Shown here: in pieces, positions 1 through 9,679 of the stretch
Position numbering within the stretch: position 1 is the stretch's first letter
Layout of the letters: each line of letters begins with the position of its first letter
Assembly (NCBI GenBank): GCA_030065975.1
Contig: JASJCN010000001.1
Location: 4,294 to 68,293 of the forward strand
Source of the DNA: Myxococcota bacterium
GTDB lineage: Bacteria > Myxococcota_A > UBA9160 > UBA6930
Reading direction: 5' to 3'
Length of the DNA stretch: 64,000 bases
Program-made: the position numbers and the translations under genes
Notes under the pieces: model-generated
Told to the model about the DNA's origin: nothing
The model's input: only the letters and a program-made list of their open reading frames with translations
Database searches by the model: none

Positions 1-1587
1 GCGCTCGACGTCCTTCGGCCCGTCGAACAGGACCCGGCTGTCCTGCTTCTCGACGATGCGCTCGGTGACCCGGCTACCGGCGCGGTCCACCGCCACGTAG
101 CTCTCGCGTACGCCCCACTGGTCGCGCGCCTCGCCGGCGAAGTGGTGGTTGACCTCGGAGTTCGGCGTGAGGCCGATCACCCCCCGCGCCCGCTCGAGGC
201 GCGCCCGGGCCAGGGTGCGTTCGGAGAGGGCGTCTCCGAACACCACGGCGAAGCCCGCCTGCTCGGCGTCGCGGCAGTGTGTGGGATTGCTGTCGACGAA
301 GACCACGCGCGTGTCGTTTCGCCGCAGCCAGTCGCCGAGCAGGAGCGAGAGCGACTCGGCTCCGAGGATCACCCACGAGTGGCGACCTGGCGCGCGGACC
401 CCGAGCGCGCGGGCCACCAGCGGGGCCGTGCCGCCCTGGATCACCACGGTCATGGCGATGGTCAGGAACACGAGGGCGCGCATCTCGGCGGCCTCTTCCG
501 GCTGGCTCTGGGCGAGGAACGCGGCCGAGATCGAGGCGATGGCCGCGGCCACCACGCCGCGGGGCCCCATCCAGGAGAGGAACACCTTCTCGCGGAAGTT
601 CAGGTCCGACTTCGGCGTCGAGATCCACACGTTGATGGGCCGGACGACCAGCGCCAGCGTGACGACGGTCATCAGTCCCGGGAGCCCCAGGGAGAACACC
701 TCGGACAGGCGCACGTCGGCCGCGAGCAGGACGAAGAGCACGCCGATCAGGCCGACGGTCAGGTGCTCCTGGAACTCCCCGAGCTCCTGGGCCACGTGGC
801 GCTCGAAGTTCCCGACCACCACGCCGGCCACGGTCACCGCCAGGATGCCGCTCTCGCCGAGCACCGCCTCGCAGCTGGCGAAGAGCACGAGGGCGCCGGC
901 GAGGGCCACCAGGTTCTCGAGGCCCTCGGGGACGGCGCGGGGGACGCGCAGCAGGCCGACCAGGAAGAAGCCCCCGACCAGCCCGGCGATCAGTCCGAAG
1001 CCACCGCGCTGCAGCAGGCCGAGCGCACCCGTGGCCGCCGCGTCGACACCGGGCGACACCGTGTACTGCAGCACGACCGCGGCCAGGATGGCTCCGACCG
1101 GATCGATGAGTAGGCCCTCGCCTTCGAGCACCGTCGCGAGCCGCGGGCGCAACGGCACGTTGCGCAGCAGCGGCTTGATGACGGTCGGGCCCGTCACCAC
1201 GACGAGGCTGCCGAAGAGCGCGGCGACGCCGGGCGGCCATCCCATCCAGAACCAGGCGGCCAGTCCGGCACCGATGAAGGTGACGACGGCGCCCACGGTG
1301 ACGAGCCTGCGGATGGAGCTCGCCTCGTGGCGCAGGCGTGAGAGGTCGAGGTTGAGGCCGCCCTCGAAGAGGATGATCGCCACCGCGAGGGAGACGAGGG
1401 CGAAGAGCCCGTCCCCGAGCTCCCTCGGCATGACGACGCCGAGCCCGTCCGGGCCGAGCGCCACGCCCACCCCCAGGAGGACGACGATCGAGGGGACGCG
1501 CAGGTGTCGCGCGGCGAGCTGCGCCGCGACGGCGGCGCCCAGCGCGATGGCGAAGGTGAAGCTCGCGTGGGGGGTGTGCGCTTCCAC
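1..1587 (-). CDS. cation:proton antiporter (CPA1/NhaP-type Na+/H+ exchanger) with C-terminal RCK/TrkA-N-like domain; C-terminus runs off the window
   Basis: Hand translation of the minus strand; absent from the ORF track because it is open at the window edge. GTG at 1587 follows an in-frame TAG at 1609-1611. Product begins VEAHTPHASFTFAIALGAAVAAQLAARHLRVPSIVVLLGVGVALGP, has many TM helices, then WVILGAESLSLLLGDWLRRNDTRVVFVDSNP (Rossmann-like). Confidence 0.8.
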   Translation of the reverse strand, partial: MEAHTPHASFTFAIALGAAVAAQLAARHLRVPSIVVLLGVGVALGPDGLGVVMPRELGDGLFALVSLAVAIILFEGGLNLDLSRLRHEASSIRRLVTVGAVVTFIGAGLAAWFWMGWPPGVAALFGSLVVVTGPTVIKPLLRNVPLRPRLATVLEGEGLLIDPVGAILAAVVLQYTVSPGVDAAATGALGLLQRGGFGLIAGLVGGFFLVGLLRVPRAVPEGLENLVALAGALVLFASCEAVLGESGILAVTVAGVVVGNFERHVAQELGEFQEHLTVGLIGVLFVLLAADVRLSEVFSLGLPGLMTVVTLALVVRPINVWISTPKSDLNFREKVFLSWMGPRGVVAAAIASISAAFLAQSQPEEAAEMRALVFLTIAMTVVIQGGTAPLVARALGVRAPGRHSWVILGAESLSLLLGDWLRRNDTRVVFVDSNPTHCRDAEQAGFAVVFGDALSERTLARARLERARGVIGLTPNSEVNHHFAGEARDQWGVRESYVAVDRAGSRVTERIVEKQDSRVLFDGPKDVER

Positions 1588-1630
1588 CGTCTCGGCGATC
1601 CGCGGCGACTAGAGGAGGCGCACGCGCGCG

Positions 1631-2185
1631 CTACTGGCTCGCGCCGGGGGCTTCGGCCTCGGGCACCGGCTCTGCTGCCGGAGCCGGCGCGGACGCGCCC
1701 GGGGGCAGACGGATGTTGGAGACCACCTCGCGCACGCCGAGGATTCCGGAGGCCACCTCCGAGGCGTGGGCTCGCGTCTCCTCGTCCGGAGCGGACCCGG
1801 TCAGGGTGACGATGCCGTCGTCCACCTCGGCCGAGATCGCCGTGGCCGCGAGCTCGCGGTCGTCGAGCAGGGCGGACTGCACCTTGCGGAAGAGCAGGTC
1901 GTCGGTGGCGAGCTGCTGGATCATGCGCTCGAGCTCCTCGACCTTGGCCTGGGCGTCGGCCGCTCGCGTCTTGGCGGCCTCGAGGGCATCGTTGGCCGCG
2001 TCGAGCTCGGTCTGGCGTCGCTCCTGGGCGTCGAGCGCGCGGTCACGCAGGTCTTCGGCGGCCCGCAGCGTCTCTTCGGCCGAGGCCAGCTTCTCCTCGG
2101 CGGTGGGCTCGGAGCAGGCGACCCCGAAGAGGGTCACGAAGATCGCCAGAAGGATGGGCGCCAGAACGGAACGGGGGGTCAGCAT
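1631..2185 (-). CDS. BON-domain lipoprotein with coiled-coil linker
   Basis: Signal peptide plus lipobox (LFGVAC). Ala/Glu-rich coiled coil. C-terminal AISAEVDDGIVTLTGSAPDEETRAHASEVASGILGVREVVSNI resembles a BON domain. GGAGGA RBS upstream of the ATG at 2185. Confidence 0.75.
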   Translation of the reverse strand: MLTPRSVLAPILLAIFVTLFGVACSEPTAEEKLASAEETLRAAEDLRDRALDAQERRQTELDAANDALEAAKTRAADAQAKVEELERMIQQLATDDLLFRKVQSALLDDRELAATAISAEVDDGIVTLTGSAPDEETRAHASEVASGILGVREVVSNIRLPPGASAPAPAAEPVPEAEAPGASQ

Positions 2186-2312
2186 CGTCAGGGGTCCTCC
2201 GGAAGCCAGGTTGGTAGCAGTTTCGGGAGGAGCCCACAGTCGAGCCCAGCACCGGGCATGCGCCGGGCCTCGATGCTTGGCGGAGGCTGCCGAGCCGTGT
2301 CAAGTTCGCGGC

Positions 2313-4808
2313 ATGCCGGACGCTGCGATCTACGAGAAGCTGGGTGCCTTCTACCTCGGGCGCCATCTGGAGCTGACTCCCTCCGGTGAGGCCCGGGCCA
2401 CCGACGAGCCGGTCCTGTACGACGCCAAGGACCTGACCACCCACGGTGTCTGCCTCGGCATGACCGGCAGCGGAAAGACCGGCCTGTGCATCACCCTGCT
2501 CGAAGAGGCGGCGCTCGACGGCATTCCGGCCATCGCGATCGATCCCAAGGGTGATCTCGGCAACCTGCTGCTGACCTTCCCCGATCTCGCCCCCAAGAGC
2601 TTCCGGCCCTGGATCGACGAGGGCGAGGCGGCGCGTGCCGGGCGCACGCCCGACGAGCACGCCCGGGCCATGGCCGAGCTGTGGCGCAAGGGGCTGGCCG
2701 GGGACGGCCAGGATCCCGCCCGCATCCAGCGCCTGCGCGACGCCGTCGAGACCACCATCTACACGCCGGGGAGCGATGCCGGTCGTCAGCTCACGGTGCT
2801 GCGCTCCTTCGACGCGCCGCCCGCAGCCCTGCGAAGCGACGGCGACGCCATGCGGGAGCGGGTGCAGTCGGCGGTGTCGGGGCTCCTCACCCTGCTCGGG
2901 ATCGACGCCGATCCGCTGAAGAGCCGCGAGCACATCCTTCTGTCCAACGTGGTCGAGCAGGCCTGGATGGCGGGGCGCAGCCTCGATCTGCCCTCGCTGA
3001 TCCGCGAGGTCCAGAGCCCGCCCTTCGACAGCGTCGGGGTGTTCGACCTCGAGACCTTCTTCCCGGCCGGCGACCGCATGGGCCTGGCCATGACGCTCAA
3101 CAACGTGCTGGCGTCGCCTTCCTTCGGAGCCTGGCGCGAAGGCGAGCCCCTCGACATCGCGCGCCTGCTCTACACCGAGAGCGGGAAGCCGCGCCTCTCG
3201 ATCGTCTCGATCGCGCATCTCTCCGAGTCCGAGCGGATGTTCTTCGTGACGCTGCTGCTCTCGGAGCTCGTCGCCTGGATGCGCACCCAGCCCGGCACGA
3301 GGAGCCTGCGCGCCCTCCTCTACATGGACGAGGTGTTCGGCTACCTGCCGCCGACCGCGAATCCGCCGTCGAAGGTGCCGCTGCTCACGCTCCTGAAGCA
3401 GGCCCGGGCCTACGGGCTCGGCTGCATGCTGGCGACCCAGAACCCGGTCGACCTCGACTACAAGGCGCTCTCCAACACGGGCACCTGGCTGCTCGGACGC
3501 CTGCAGACGGAGCGCGACAAGGCGCGGGTGCTCGACGGGCTGGAAGGCGCGGCTTCGGCCACCGGCGGCGGCTTCGACCGCCAGCGCATGGATGCCCTGC
3601 TCGCGGGTCTCGGGAGCCGGCAGTTCCTGCTGCACAACGTCCACGAGGACGAGCCCATCCTGATCCAGAGCCGCTTCGCGCTCTCGTACCTGCGCGGGCC
3701 CCTCACCCGAGCGCAGATCGAGCGGCTGACGCAGGAGTCCGACGCGCGCGCCGAGCCGCGCACGGAGCCCGCCCCGAGCCCTGCGCTCGCGGTGCCCGAC
3801 GCGGCGAAGGCCCCGGCCGCGGCGGCCGCGGCGGCCGAGGAGGAGGCGGAGAAGCCGGCGCGTCCGGTGCTGCCGGCGGCGGTGGACGAGGCCTTCGCCC
3901 TGCCCCGCGGTGCGCGGCCGAGTGGCGTGCGCCTCCACTATCGGCCGACGCTCGTGGCCGCCGTGCATCTCCACTACGCCCAGGCCCGCGCCCAGGTGGA
4001 CCACTGGGAGACGGTGGCGTTCCAGGTGACCCTCGAGCAGGATCCGAGCGGCTCGCCGTGGGACGAAGGAGGCGAGATCGACTGGTCGCGCCTCGATCTC
4101 GTGGAGGATCCCGAGGACGACTCCGGCTTCGCGGAGCTGTGTGGCTCGGGGCGCCTCGCGAAGAGCTATCCGCGCTGGGGCAAGATGATCAAGGCCCACG
4201 TGTACCGCGAGCGTCCGCTGCGGCTCTTCAAGTGCCGGGAGCTGAAGCTCGTGGCCGAGCCGGGAGAGCAGGAGGGCGACTTCCGCGTGCGCGTGCGCCA
4301 GGCCCTGCGCGAGAAGCGCGACCTCGCGATCGAGAAGCTCCGCAAGCGCCACGCGCCGAAGCTCGCGCGCCTGCAGGAGCGCATCCGCAAGGCCGACGCG
4401 CGCATCGAGAAGGAGCGCGAGCAGTACGAGGCCAAGAAGCGCGACACCCTGATCTCCGTCGGGGCCACCGTGATCGGCGCGCTGTTCGGGCGCAAGCTCG
4501 CGAGCGCCCGGACCGTCGGCCGCGCGACGACCACGGCGCGGGGTGCCCAGCGCGCGATGCGCGAGCGGGGAGACATCGAGCGCGCCGAGGAGACGGCCGA
4601 GGCCCTGCGCGAGGAGCTCGAGAGCCTCGAGGCACGGTTCGCGGAGGACACGGCCGAGGTCGAGGCGGAGATCGACGACGCGGGGATCGAGCTCGAGGAG
4701 GTCGTCGTGCGCCCGCGCAAGACGGACGTCGAGGTCGAGCGGCTCGCCCTGGTGTGGATGCCGTGGTGGAAGAAGAGCGACGGAGGGCTGATCCCGGGCT
4801 TCGAGTAG
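2313..4808 (+). CDS. HerA/FtsK-like P-loop NTPase (DUF87/DUF853-like) with long C-terminal coiled-coil region
   Basis: Internal ATG of track ORF 1713..4808. Walker A in GVCLGMTGSGKTGLCITLLEEAALDGIPAIAIDPKGDLGNL; Walker B-like LLYMDEVFGYLP; LATQNPVDLDYKALSNTGTWLLGRLQTERD. The C-terminal ~250 aa are Arg/Glu/Lys-rich coiled coil. Confidence 0.8.
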   Translation: MPDAAIYEKLGAFYLGRHLELTPSGEARATDEPVLYDAKDLTTHGVCLGMTGSGKTGLCITLLEEAALDGIPAIAIDPKGDLGNLLLTFPDLAPKSFRPWIDEGEAARAGRTPDEHARAMAELWRKGLAGDGQDPARIQRLRDAVETTIYTPGSDAGRQLTVLRSFDAPPAALRSDGDAMRERVQSAVSGLLTLLGIDADPLKSREHILLSNVVEQAWMAGRSLDLPSLIREVQSPPFDSVGVFDLETFFPAGDRMGLAMTLNNVLASPSFGAWREGEPLDIARLLYTESGKPRLSIVSIAHLSESERMFFVTLLLSELVAWMRTQPGTRSLRALLYMDEVFGYLPPTANPPSKVPLLTLLKQARAYGLGCMLATQNPVDLDYKALSNTGTWLLGRLQTERDKARVLDGLEGAASATGGGFDRQRMDALLAGLGSRQFLLHNVHEDEPILIQSRFALSYLRGPLTRAQIERLTQESDARAEPRTEPAPSPALAVPDAAKAPAAAAAAAEEEAEKPARPVLPAAVDEAFALPRGARPSGVRLHYRPTLVAAVHLHYAQARAQVDHWETVAFQVTLEQDPSGSPWDEGGEIDWSRLDLVEDPEDDSGFAELCGSGRLAKSYPRWGKMIKAHVYRERPLRLFKCRELKLVAEPGEQEGDFRVRVRQALREKRDLAIEKLRKRHAPKLARLQERIRKADARIEKEREQYEAKKRDTLISVGATVIGALFGRKLASARTVGRATTTARGAQRAMRERGDIERAEETAEALREELESLEARFAEDTAEVEAEIDDAGIELEEVVVRPRKTDVEVERLALVWMPWWKKSDGGLIPGFE

Positions 4809-4812
4809 CCGC

Positions 4813-5634
4813 CTAGCTCCCCTTCTTCCCGGAAGCTCGGAACGCGGTCTCGACGGATCGCTCGAGGGTCTCGATCACCGATTCCGGGAGCCCGTCGGGA
4901 AGGTGCGCCCGGTACACGTGGTTGCGGCGGAACTCCACCTCCGCGTCGCGCAGCTTGCGGCCGAGGTTGCGGGCCAGGATGCCGGGCATGTCCGCGCGGT
5001 CCGGCAGCCACTGCATGGGGGCGAGGGCGAGCTGGAGGGGGCTCGTGCCTGCTCGGGCCACGTCCCGGAGCTCGGCCACGGAGTGGCGCAGGTTCGAGTC
5101 GCCCACGTAGGTCACCGGAGTGTCGGCGATCCGGCCGTAGGCGTTGACCATCCCGGGCACCTCCTCGTCGAGGTCCTCGGCGGTCATGCGCAGGCTCGGG
5201 TTGTGCCAGGCGAACACGGGCTGGAGCTCGGGAAGCGCCTCCCGGGTGCGTTCGTAGTCGGCGAGGATCAGGGCGGCGCGCTCGCCGCGGTCGATGGGCT
5301 CCTCGGGGAGGGTCACGTGGAAGGCCAGCCACTGCTCCGCGTCGAGCAGCCTTCGCGCCGCCTCGAGGTTCTCGAACGAGAGCAGGTTGTAGAGCGGGGA
5401 GCGCAGCTGCAGGAAGAAGGTGCCGCGCACGCCCAGGCCTCGATTGCGCTCGGCGAGCTCCACGGCCCACGACAGCGAGTAGTCGATGTCGTGCCGCAGG
5501 TAGACGCAGCGCTCGGGGACCGGGGGCTCGAGGTAGGAGAGGAAGCGGTAGCCCTCGGCCAGGAAGGTCTCGATCAGGCCGTCGTAGGCCTCCGGGGAGT
5601 AGCCCGCGTGGGCCGGGGCTCCCGTCTCAGGCAC
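4813..5634 (-). CDS. polysaccharide deacetylase-like (NodB-fold-like) protein; function tentative
   Basis: 273-aa ORF with protein-like composition. CVYLRHDIDYSLSWAVELAERNRGLGVRGTFFL resembles divergent polysaccharide deacetylases. GTG start overlaps the upstream radical SAM stop by 8 nt. Confidence 0.6.
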   Translation of the reverse strand: MPETGAPAHAGYSPEAYDGLIETFLAEGYRFLSYLEPPVPERCVYLRHDIDYSLSWAVELAERNRGLGVRGTFFLQLRSPLYNLLSFENLEAARRLLDAEQWLAFHVTLPEEPIDRGERAALILADYERTREALPELQPVFAWHNPSLRMTAEDLDEEVPGMVNAYGRIADTPVTYVGDSNLRHSVAELRDVARAGTSPLQLALAPMQWLPDRADMPGILARNLGRKLRDAEVEFRRNHVYRAHLPDGLPESVIETLERSVETAFRASGKKGS

Positions 5635-6727
5635 CCCGGGATTCCGGCGCGGGCTCCAGGAAGTCGCCGGGACGCAGGCGGCTGTACTCGAAGCCCCCGT
5701 CGGGCGTCCGCGTCCACACGTCGGTGTAGGCGTCCCACAGGTCGCAGGTGGAGCAGACCGGGTACTTCTCGAAGTCGAGGCGGCGGTGGGCGTCGCGGAA
5801 CTCCGCGAAGCGGTCGCTGGCCCAGATCTCCTCGAGCGTGGCGTCGTTGATGTTGCCGACGACGAGGTCCTTCGCCTCTTCGTACCAGTGGAACATGTAG
5901 CAGGGCAGCACGTCGCCGTTGGAGCGGATGGCCGTCGAGTACCACGGCGTGATGCAGGGGTAGCGTTCGGCGCTGGGCGTGGCCTCGAAGAGCGGGGTCA
6001 GGCCCTCCACCTCGCGACCGAGGTTGTAGATGGGCCGTACGAAGGCCTGGTCGACGTACTGCGACCACGTCTCGATGAAGCGCTCGGTGGTCTCGTGGGT
6101 CTCCTTCGAGTCCATCATGAACGCCTGGAGGTAGGGCGTCTCCGAGCCCATCTCGCGTCGCACCTCGCTGGCCCGGCGCACGTTCTCGCAGACGCGATCG
6201 AAGGAGCGCGTCTTGGTGATCATCTGGTGGTCCTCTGCGTTCTCGGCGTACATGCTGAGCTGCATGGCGTCGAGCCCGCTCGAGACCAGCGCGCGCATCA
6301 CGTCCTCGCTGAGCAGCAGCGCGTTGGTCGAGATGATCGTGTTGACGAGCGGCCGGTGCTTCTTGGCGTAGGCGATGAAGTCGGCCACCGGCTTGAACTG
6401 GAGGGTCTCGCCGATCGAGGAGATGTCGAAGCTGTAGAAGGGATCGTTCGGGATGCTGTGAACGATGGCCTTGAAGGTGTCGAAGTCCATCTCCGAGCCG
6501 CCGCGGTACATCTCGCGGACGTGGTCCTCGGCGTAGGGGCACATCGAGCACGAGAACATGCAGGTCTTCTCGTTGAACGAGATGTTGATCACGCGCGGCA
6601 GCCGCTCGTTCATCAGGAAGAGCTTCTGTCCCGCCATGCTGTTCAGCAGGAAGTGCGCGGCGAAGCTCTTGATCGAGCGCGTCGTGAAGAGCTTCTCGAT
6701 CGCGGTCTTGGTGCGGCTGTGGGACAC
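5627..6727 (-). CDS. radical SAM enzyme with C-terminal Cys-rich SPASM-like domain
   Basis: CX3CX2C motif (CMFSCSMCPY). C-terminal cysteines in YPCITPWYSTAIRSNGDVLPCYMF and YPVCSTCDLW. I place the start at GTG 6727 (GGAGAG RBS), because the track start at 6892 would overlap the upstream gene by 80 nt. The start remains uncertain. Confidence 0.85.
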   Translation of the reverse strand: MSHSRTKTAIEKLFTTRSIKSFAAHFLLNSMAGQKLFLMNERLPRVINISFNEKTCMFSCSMCPYAEDHVREMYRGGSEMDFDTFKAIVHSIPNDPFYSFDISSIGETLQFKPVADFIAYAKKHRPLVNTIISTNALLLSEDVMRALVSSGLDAMQLSMYAENAEDHQMITKTRSFDRVCENVRRASEVRREMGSETPYLQAFMMDSKETHETTERFIETWSQYVDQAFVRPIYNLGREVEGLTPLFEATPSAERYPCITPWYSTAIRSNGDVLPCYMFHWYEEAKDLVVGNINDATLEEIWASDRFAEFRDAHRRLDFEKYPVCSTCDLWDAYTDVWTRTPDGGFEYSRLRPGDFLEPAPESRGA

Positions 6728-6812
6728 GTCCCTCTCCGGCGCGAAAGCGCGGTTCCCTGGGGGATTCGCGGATCCAGCATAGGCACCGGCTTCCGCGGCT
6801 GGCAAGCGAGGC

Positions 6813-7604
6813 TCAGCGGCGGGTCGCCAGCATCTCGTACACGCCTCGATCGCCGTCGAACTCGCCCGCGAAGAAGGGCGCGACCGGCTCACCGAGGCCG
6901 CGCGCCGAGAGCTCGGCCTCGGCCCCGAGGGCGATGTCCTGGAAGCCGAGCTTCTCGAGCTCGGCGCGCAGCTCCTCGGGCTCGATCAGCACGCCGTAGC
7001 CCTCCTGGATCGACTGCCCGCCCGCGTAGCGCCAGGTGTTGTCGAACACCCGGGCGACGTGCTCCCGCGGCTCGTAGTCCGCGGTGCGGTTGGGCTGCGC
7101 GTACCACATGTGCCGGTACCAGCCGAAGCCGTTGGCGTTCACGTAGAGCCGGCCGCCCGGACGCAGCACCCGCGCGAGATCGGCCAGCGCCTCCCGCCAG
7201 CGCGTCAGGAAGAGTACGCCGTAGCAGAAGACACCGTCGAAGTGCTTCGCCTCGAAGGGCAGGGAGTCGAGCCGGGCCACCTGCGCCTCGAGCTGTGCGA
7301 GCCCGAGCTCCGCGGCGAGCTCCTGCACGAACGCGACGCGCGCCTCTCCCACGTCGATCGACCGGACCTCGGAGTTCGTGCGGGCCAGGGCGGCGCTCCA
7401 CTGTCCGAAGCCGCAGCCGGCATCCAGCACCCGCCCGAGTCCGGCGAAGCCCCAGCCCGAGAGCCGCCGCGCGTAGTCGTCGACCGGGCGGCCGTAGACC
7501 CGGGCGAGGAAGGCGGCGTCGTTCTCGCCGAGTCCTCCGCGGGTGCGGGCGATCAGCGCGGAGAGCGTCTCGGGGTCCATGCCGGACTCCATTCCGGATT
7601 CCAT
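6813..7604 (-). CDS. class I SAM-dependent methyltransferase
   Basis: Motif I VLDAGCGFGQWS and post-I/II LRPGGRLYV. Start taken at the internal ATG 7604 (MESGMESGMDPE); sequence upstream of it is Arg/Ser-rich shadow. Confidence 0.8.
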   Translation of the reverse strand: MESGMESGMDPETLSALIARTRGGLGENDAAFLARVYGRPVDDYARRLSGWGFAGLGRVLDAGCGFGQWSAALARTNSEVRSIDVGEARVAFVQELAAELGLAQLEAQVARLDSLPFEAKHFDGVFCYGVLFLTRWREALADLARVLRPGGRLYVNANGFGWYRHMWYAQPNRTADYEPREHVARVFDNTWRYAGGQSIQEGYGVLIEPEELRAELEKLGFQDIALGAEAELSARGLGEPVAPFFAGEFDGDRGVYEMLATRR

Positions 7605-7737
7605 GGGCCGGCAGTCTCGCAACTTCGCCTCACGAGACCAGAAGCGCGTCCACGCGTCCTTCACCCGCCTTCCCCCGACCACCGCTGCCCCCGAGGGGGT
7701 GTGCATCGGGCCCGGAGGACCGTTACCTCCCTTCCTC

Positions 7738-8736
7738 ATGGACGGGCCCCAGCTCTGGAAGCGGGCGATCGAGCGCTTCGAGCTCGATCTGCGCGGGGAC
7801 GTCGTCCTGACCGAGGCCGCCACCGGCGCCTTCGTGTGCACGCCCCTGGTGGCCGCCCTGGCGGGCGCCGAGCGCGTCATCGCCCTCGGCGCCGACTCGC
7901 GCTTCGGCCCCTTCGCCGAGGTCCGTGAGGGCCTCGCCTCTCTGGCGTCGCGCCTCGGCGTGGCCGACCGGCTGGAGATCCGGAAGGGCCGCCCGCGCGA
8001 GGCCTACGCCGCGGCGGACCTCGTCACGAACCTGGGCTTCGTGCGTCCCCTCGATGCCGAGACGGTCGGTGCGCTCCGACCCGGAACGGTGATCGCGCTC
8101 ATGTGGGAGCCCTGGGAGCTGCGTCCCGAGGAGCTCGACGTCCCGGCCTGCCGCGAGCGGGGCATTGCCGTGATCGGCACCAACGAGCGCGAGCCGCGAC
8201 TGCGGACCTTCGAGGCCGTCGCGCAAAGTGTGGCCAAGCTGCTTCTGGATCACGGCATCGGCCTCTCCGAGGCGCGCGTCCTGGTCCTCGGCCGCGGCGT
8301 CTTCCCCGACGCCACGCTGCCGGCCCTCCGCGCCGCCGGAGCCCGGGCCGAGGCGTACGCCGGGGAGGGCGCGCCGCCCTCGGGCGCCTACGACGCCATC
8401 GTGTGTCTCGAGCATCACGACTGGGAGACGCCGCTGGTGGGAGCGGGAGGCTGGATCGACTCCGACACGGAGGTGGCGACGGAGCTCCTGCTGCACGTCT
8501 GTGGGCGACTCGATCCGGACGCCGTCAGCGGCCGGGGGTGGCGCCTGGTGCCGGCCGAGCCCGCGCCGCCCGGGCGCATGTCCTTCACGACCGCGGTGCT
8601 CGGCCCCGAGCCCGTGGTCGACCTGCACACGGCCGGCCTGCGCGTCGCCTCGGCGTACCGTCGGGGCGAGACCGCCGTGCTCGAGCAGCTGGCCCTTCCG
8701 GTGTGGCCCGAGCGGTTCGAGGAGCGGCTCGCATGA
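7738..8736 (+). CDS. hypothetical protein, Rossmann-like; first gene of the plus-strand unit
   Basis: Internal ATG of ORF 7543..8736 (MDGPQLWKRAIERFELDL). VLVLGRGVFPDATLPALRAAGARAEAY suggests a dinucleotide-binding fold. No family recognised. Confidence 0.6.
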   Translation: MDGPQLWKRAIERFELDLRGDVVLTEAATGAFVCTPLVAALAGAERVIALGADSRFGPFAEVREGLASLASRLGVADRLEIRKGRPREAYAAADLVTNLGFVRPLDAETVGALRPGTVIALMWEPWELRPEELDVPACRERGIAVIGTNEREPRLRTFEAVAQSVAKLLLDHGIGLSEARVLVLGRGVFPDATLPALRAAGARAEAYAGEGAPPSGAYDAIVCLEHHDWETPLVGAGGWIDSDTEVATELLLHVCGRLDPDAVSGRGWRLVPAEPAPPGRMSFTTAVLGPEPVVDLHTAGLRVASAYRRGETAVLEQLALPVWPERFEERLA

Positions 8737-9644
8737 AGACGGAGGGATTCCTCGGCGCGATCGCGGCACGGCTCCACCACTACCGGGCCCGCCGCCTGGG
8801 CCTGCGCGGCGACGTCGAGGCGGCGCTCCGCTGCACGCGCCAGGCCATGGAGGCGGAGCCCCTCGGTACGGATCCCTTCGGCGTGATGGCCCGCCTCGAT
8901 CCGACCCTGCCCGACTGGCAGCAGGCCTTGACGCTGCCGGGCTGCGACGACCTTCCGGCCTCGCTCCGCGAGGAGGCGCGCCGCTACTTCGCGCTCGAGT
9001 CCGAAGAGGCCCAGGAGGCCCTCGACGCTCCGCTCCCCGACGGCTGGAACGCCGACGCCTACGACGAGCAGCAGGTGCAGGATCTCTTCGCTCGAGACCC
9101 CGCCTTCCTCTTCGCCAACCTGCGCGTCGCCGGCACCGACCCCCACGTCCCCGCCCGGCTGGCGGCCGCCCAGGTCTTCCTCGCCCAAGGCGCGCGGCAC
9201 GTGCTCGACTACGGGGCGGGCGTGGGCAACATGGGGCTGTACTTCGCGGCTGCCGGCATCGAGCGGGTCTCCCTCGCGGATCTGTCCAAGCCGATCCTCG
9301 ACCTGGCGAGCTGGCGCTTCGGCGAGCGCGGCCTCGCGCTCCCGGGCTGCCACGTGCTCTCCGGCGAGGCGCTGCCCGAGGGGCGCTTCGATGGCATCGC
9401 CATCTTCGACGTGTTCGAGGTCGTGCCCGACCCGGCCTCCATTCTCGAGGAGTGCCATCGGGCGCTCTCGGAGGGCGGGACGCTGATCATCGCGATCGGG
9501 CTGCCGCCGCCGCTCTCCGGTCGCTCGTGGCTGATCGGCCAGCCCGCCGAGGTCGCGCTGGGCGAGGCCTGCGCACGCTTCGGGGCGCCCTTCGAGGTGG
9601 GGCGGATCCGCCGCCGGGCGCTCTGGATGTTCCGCAAGCCGTGA
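8733..9644 (+). CDS. SAM-dependent methyltransferase with N-terminal extension
   Basis: ATGA start/stop overlap at 8733-8736. VLDYGAGVGNMGLYFAAAG motif I and LSEGGTLII motif. Confidence 0.75.
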   Translation: MKTEGFLGAIAARLHHYRARRLGLRGDVEAALRCTRQAMEAEPLGTDPFGVMARLDPTLPDWQQALTLPGCDDLPASLREEARRYFALESEEAQEALDAPLPDGWNADAYDEQQVQDLFARDPAFLFANLRVAGTDPHVPARLAAAQVFLAQGARHVLDYGAGVGNMGLYFAAAGIERVSLADLSKPILDLASWRFGERGLALPGCHVLSGEALPEGRFDGIAIFDVFEVVPDPASILEECHRALSEGGTLIIAIGLPPPLSGRSWLIGQPAEVALGEACARFGAPFEVGRIRRRALWMFRKP

Positions 9645-9679
9645 GTGGGTGCAGACCGGCCGTTGGAAGGGGAGCTGAT

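Noticed and set aside
2313-4808. HerA-like ATPase as part of an anti-phage defence system (SIR2-HerA, DUF4297-HerA, NurA-HerA)
   Set aside because: No SIR2, DUF4297, nuclease or other effector gene is adjacent. Its neighbours are a BON lipoprotein and an envelope-biosynthesis gene, so a defence call is not supported by this window.
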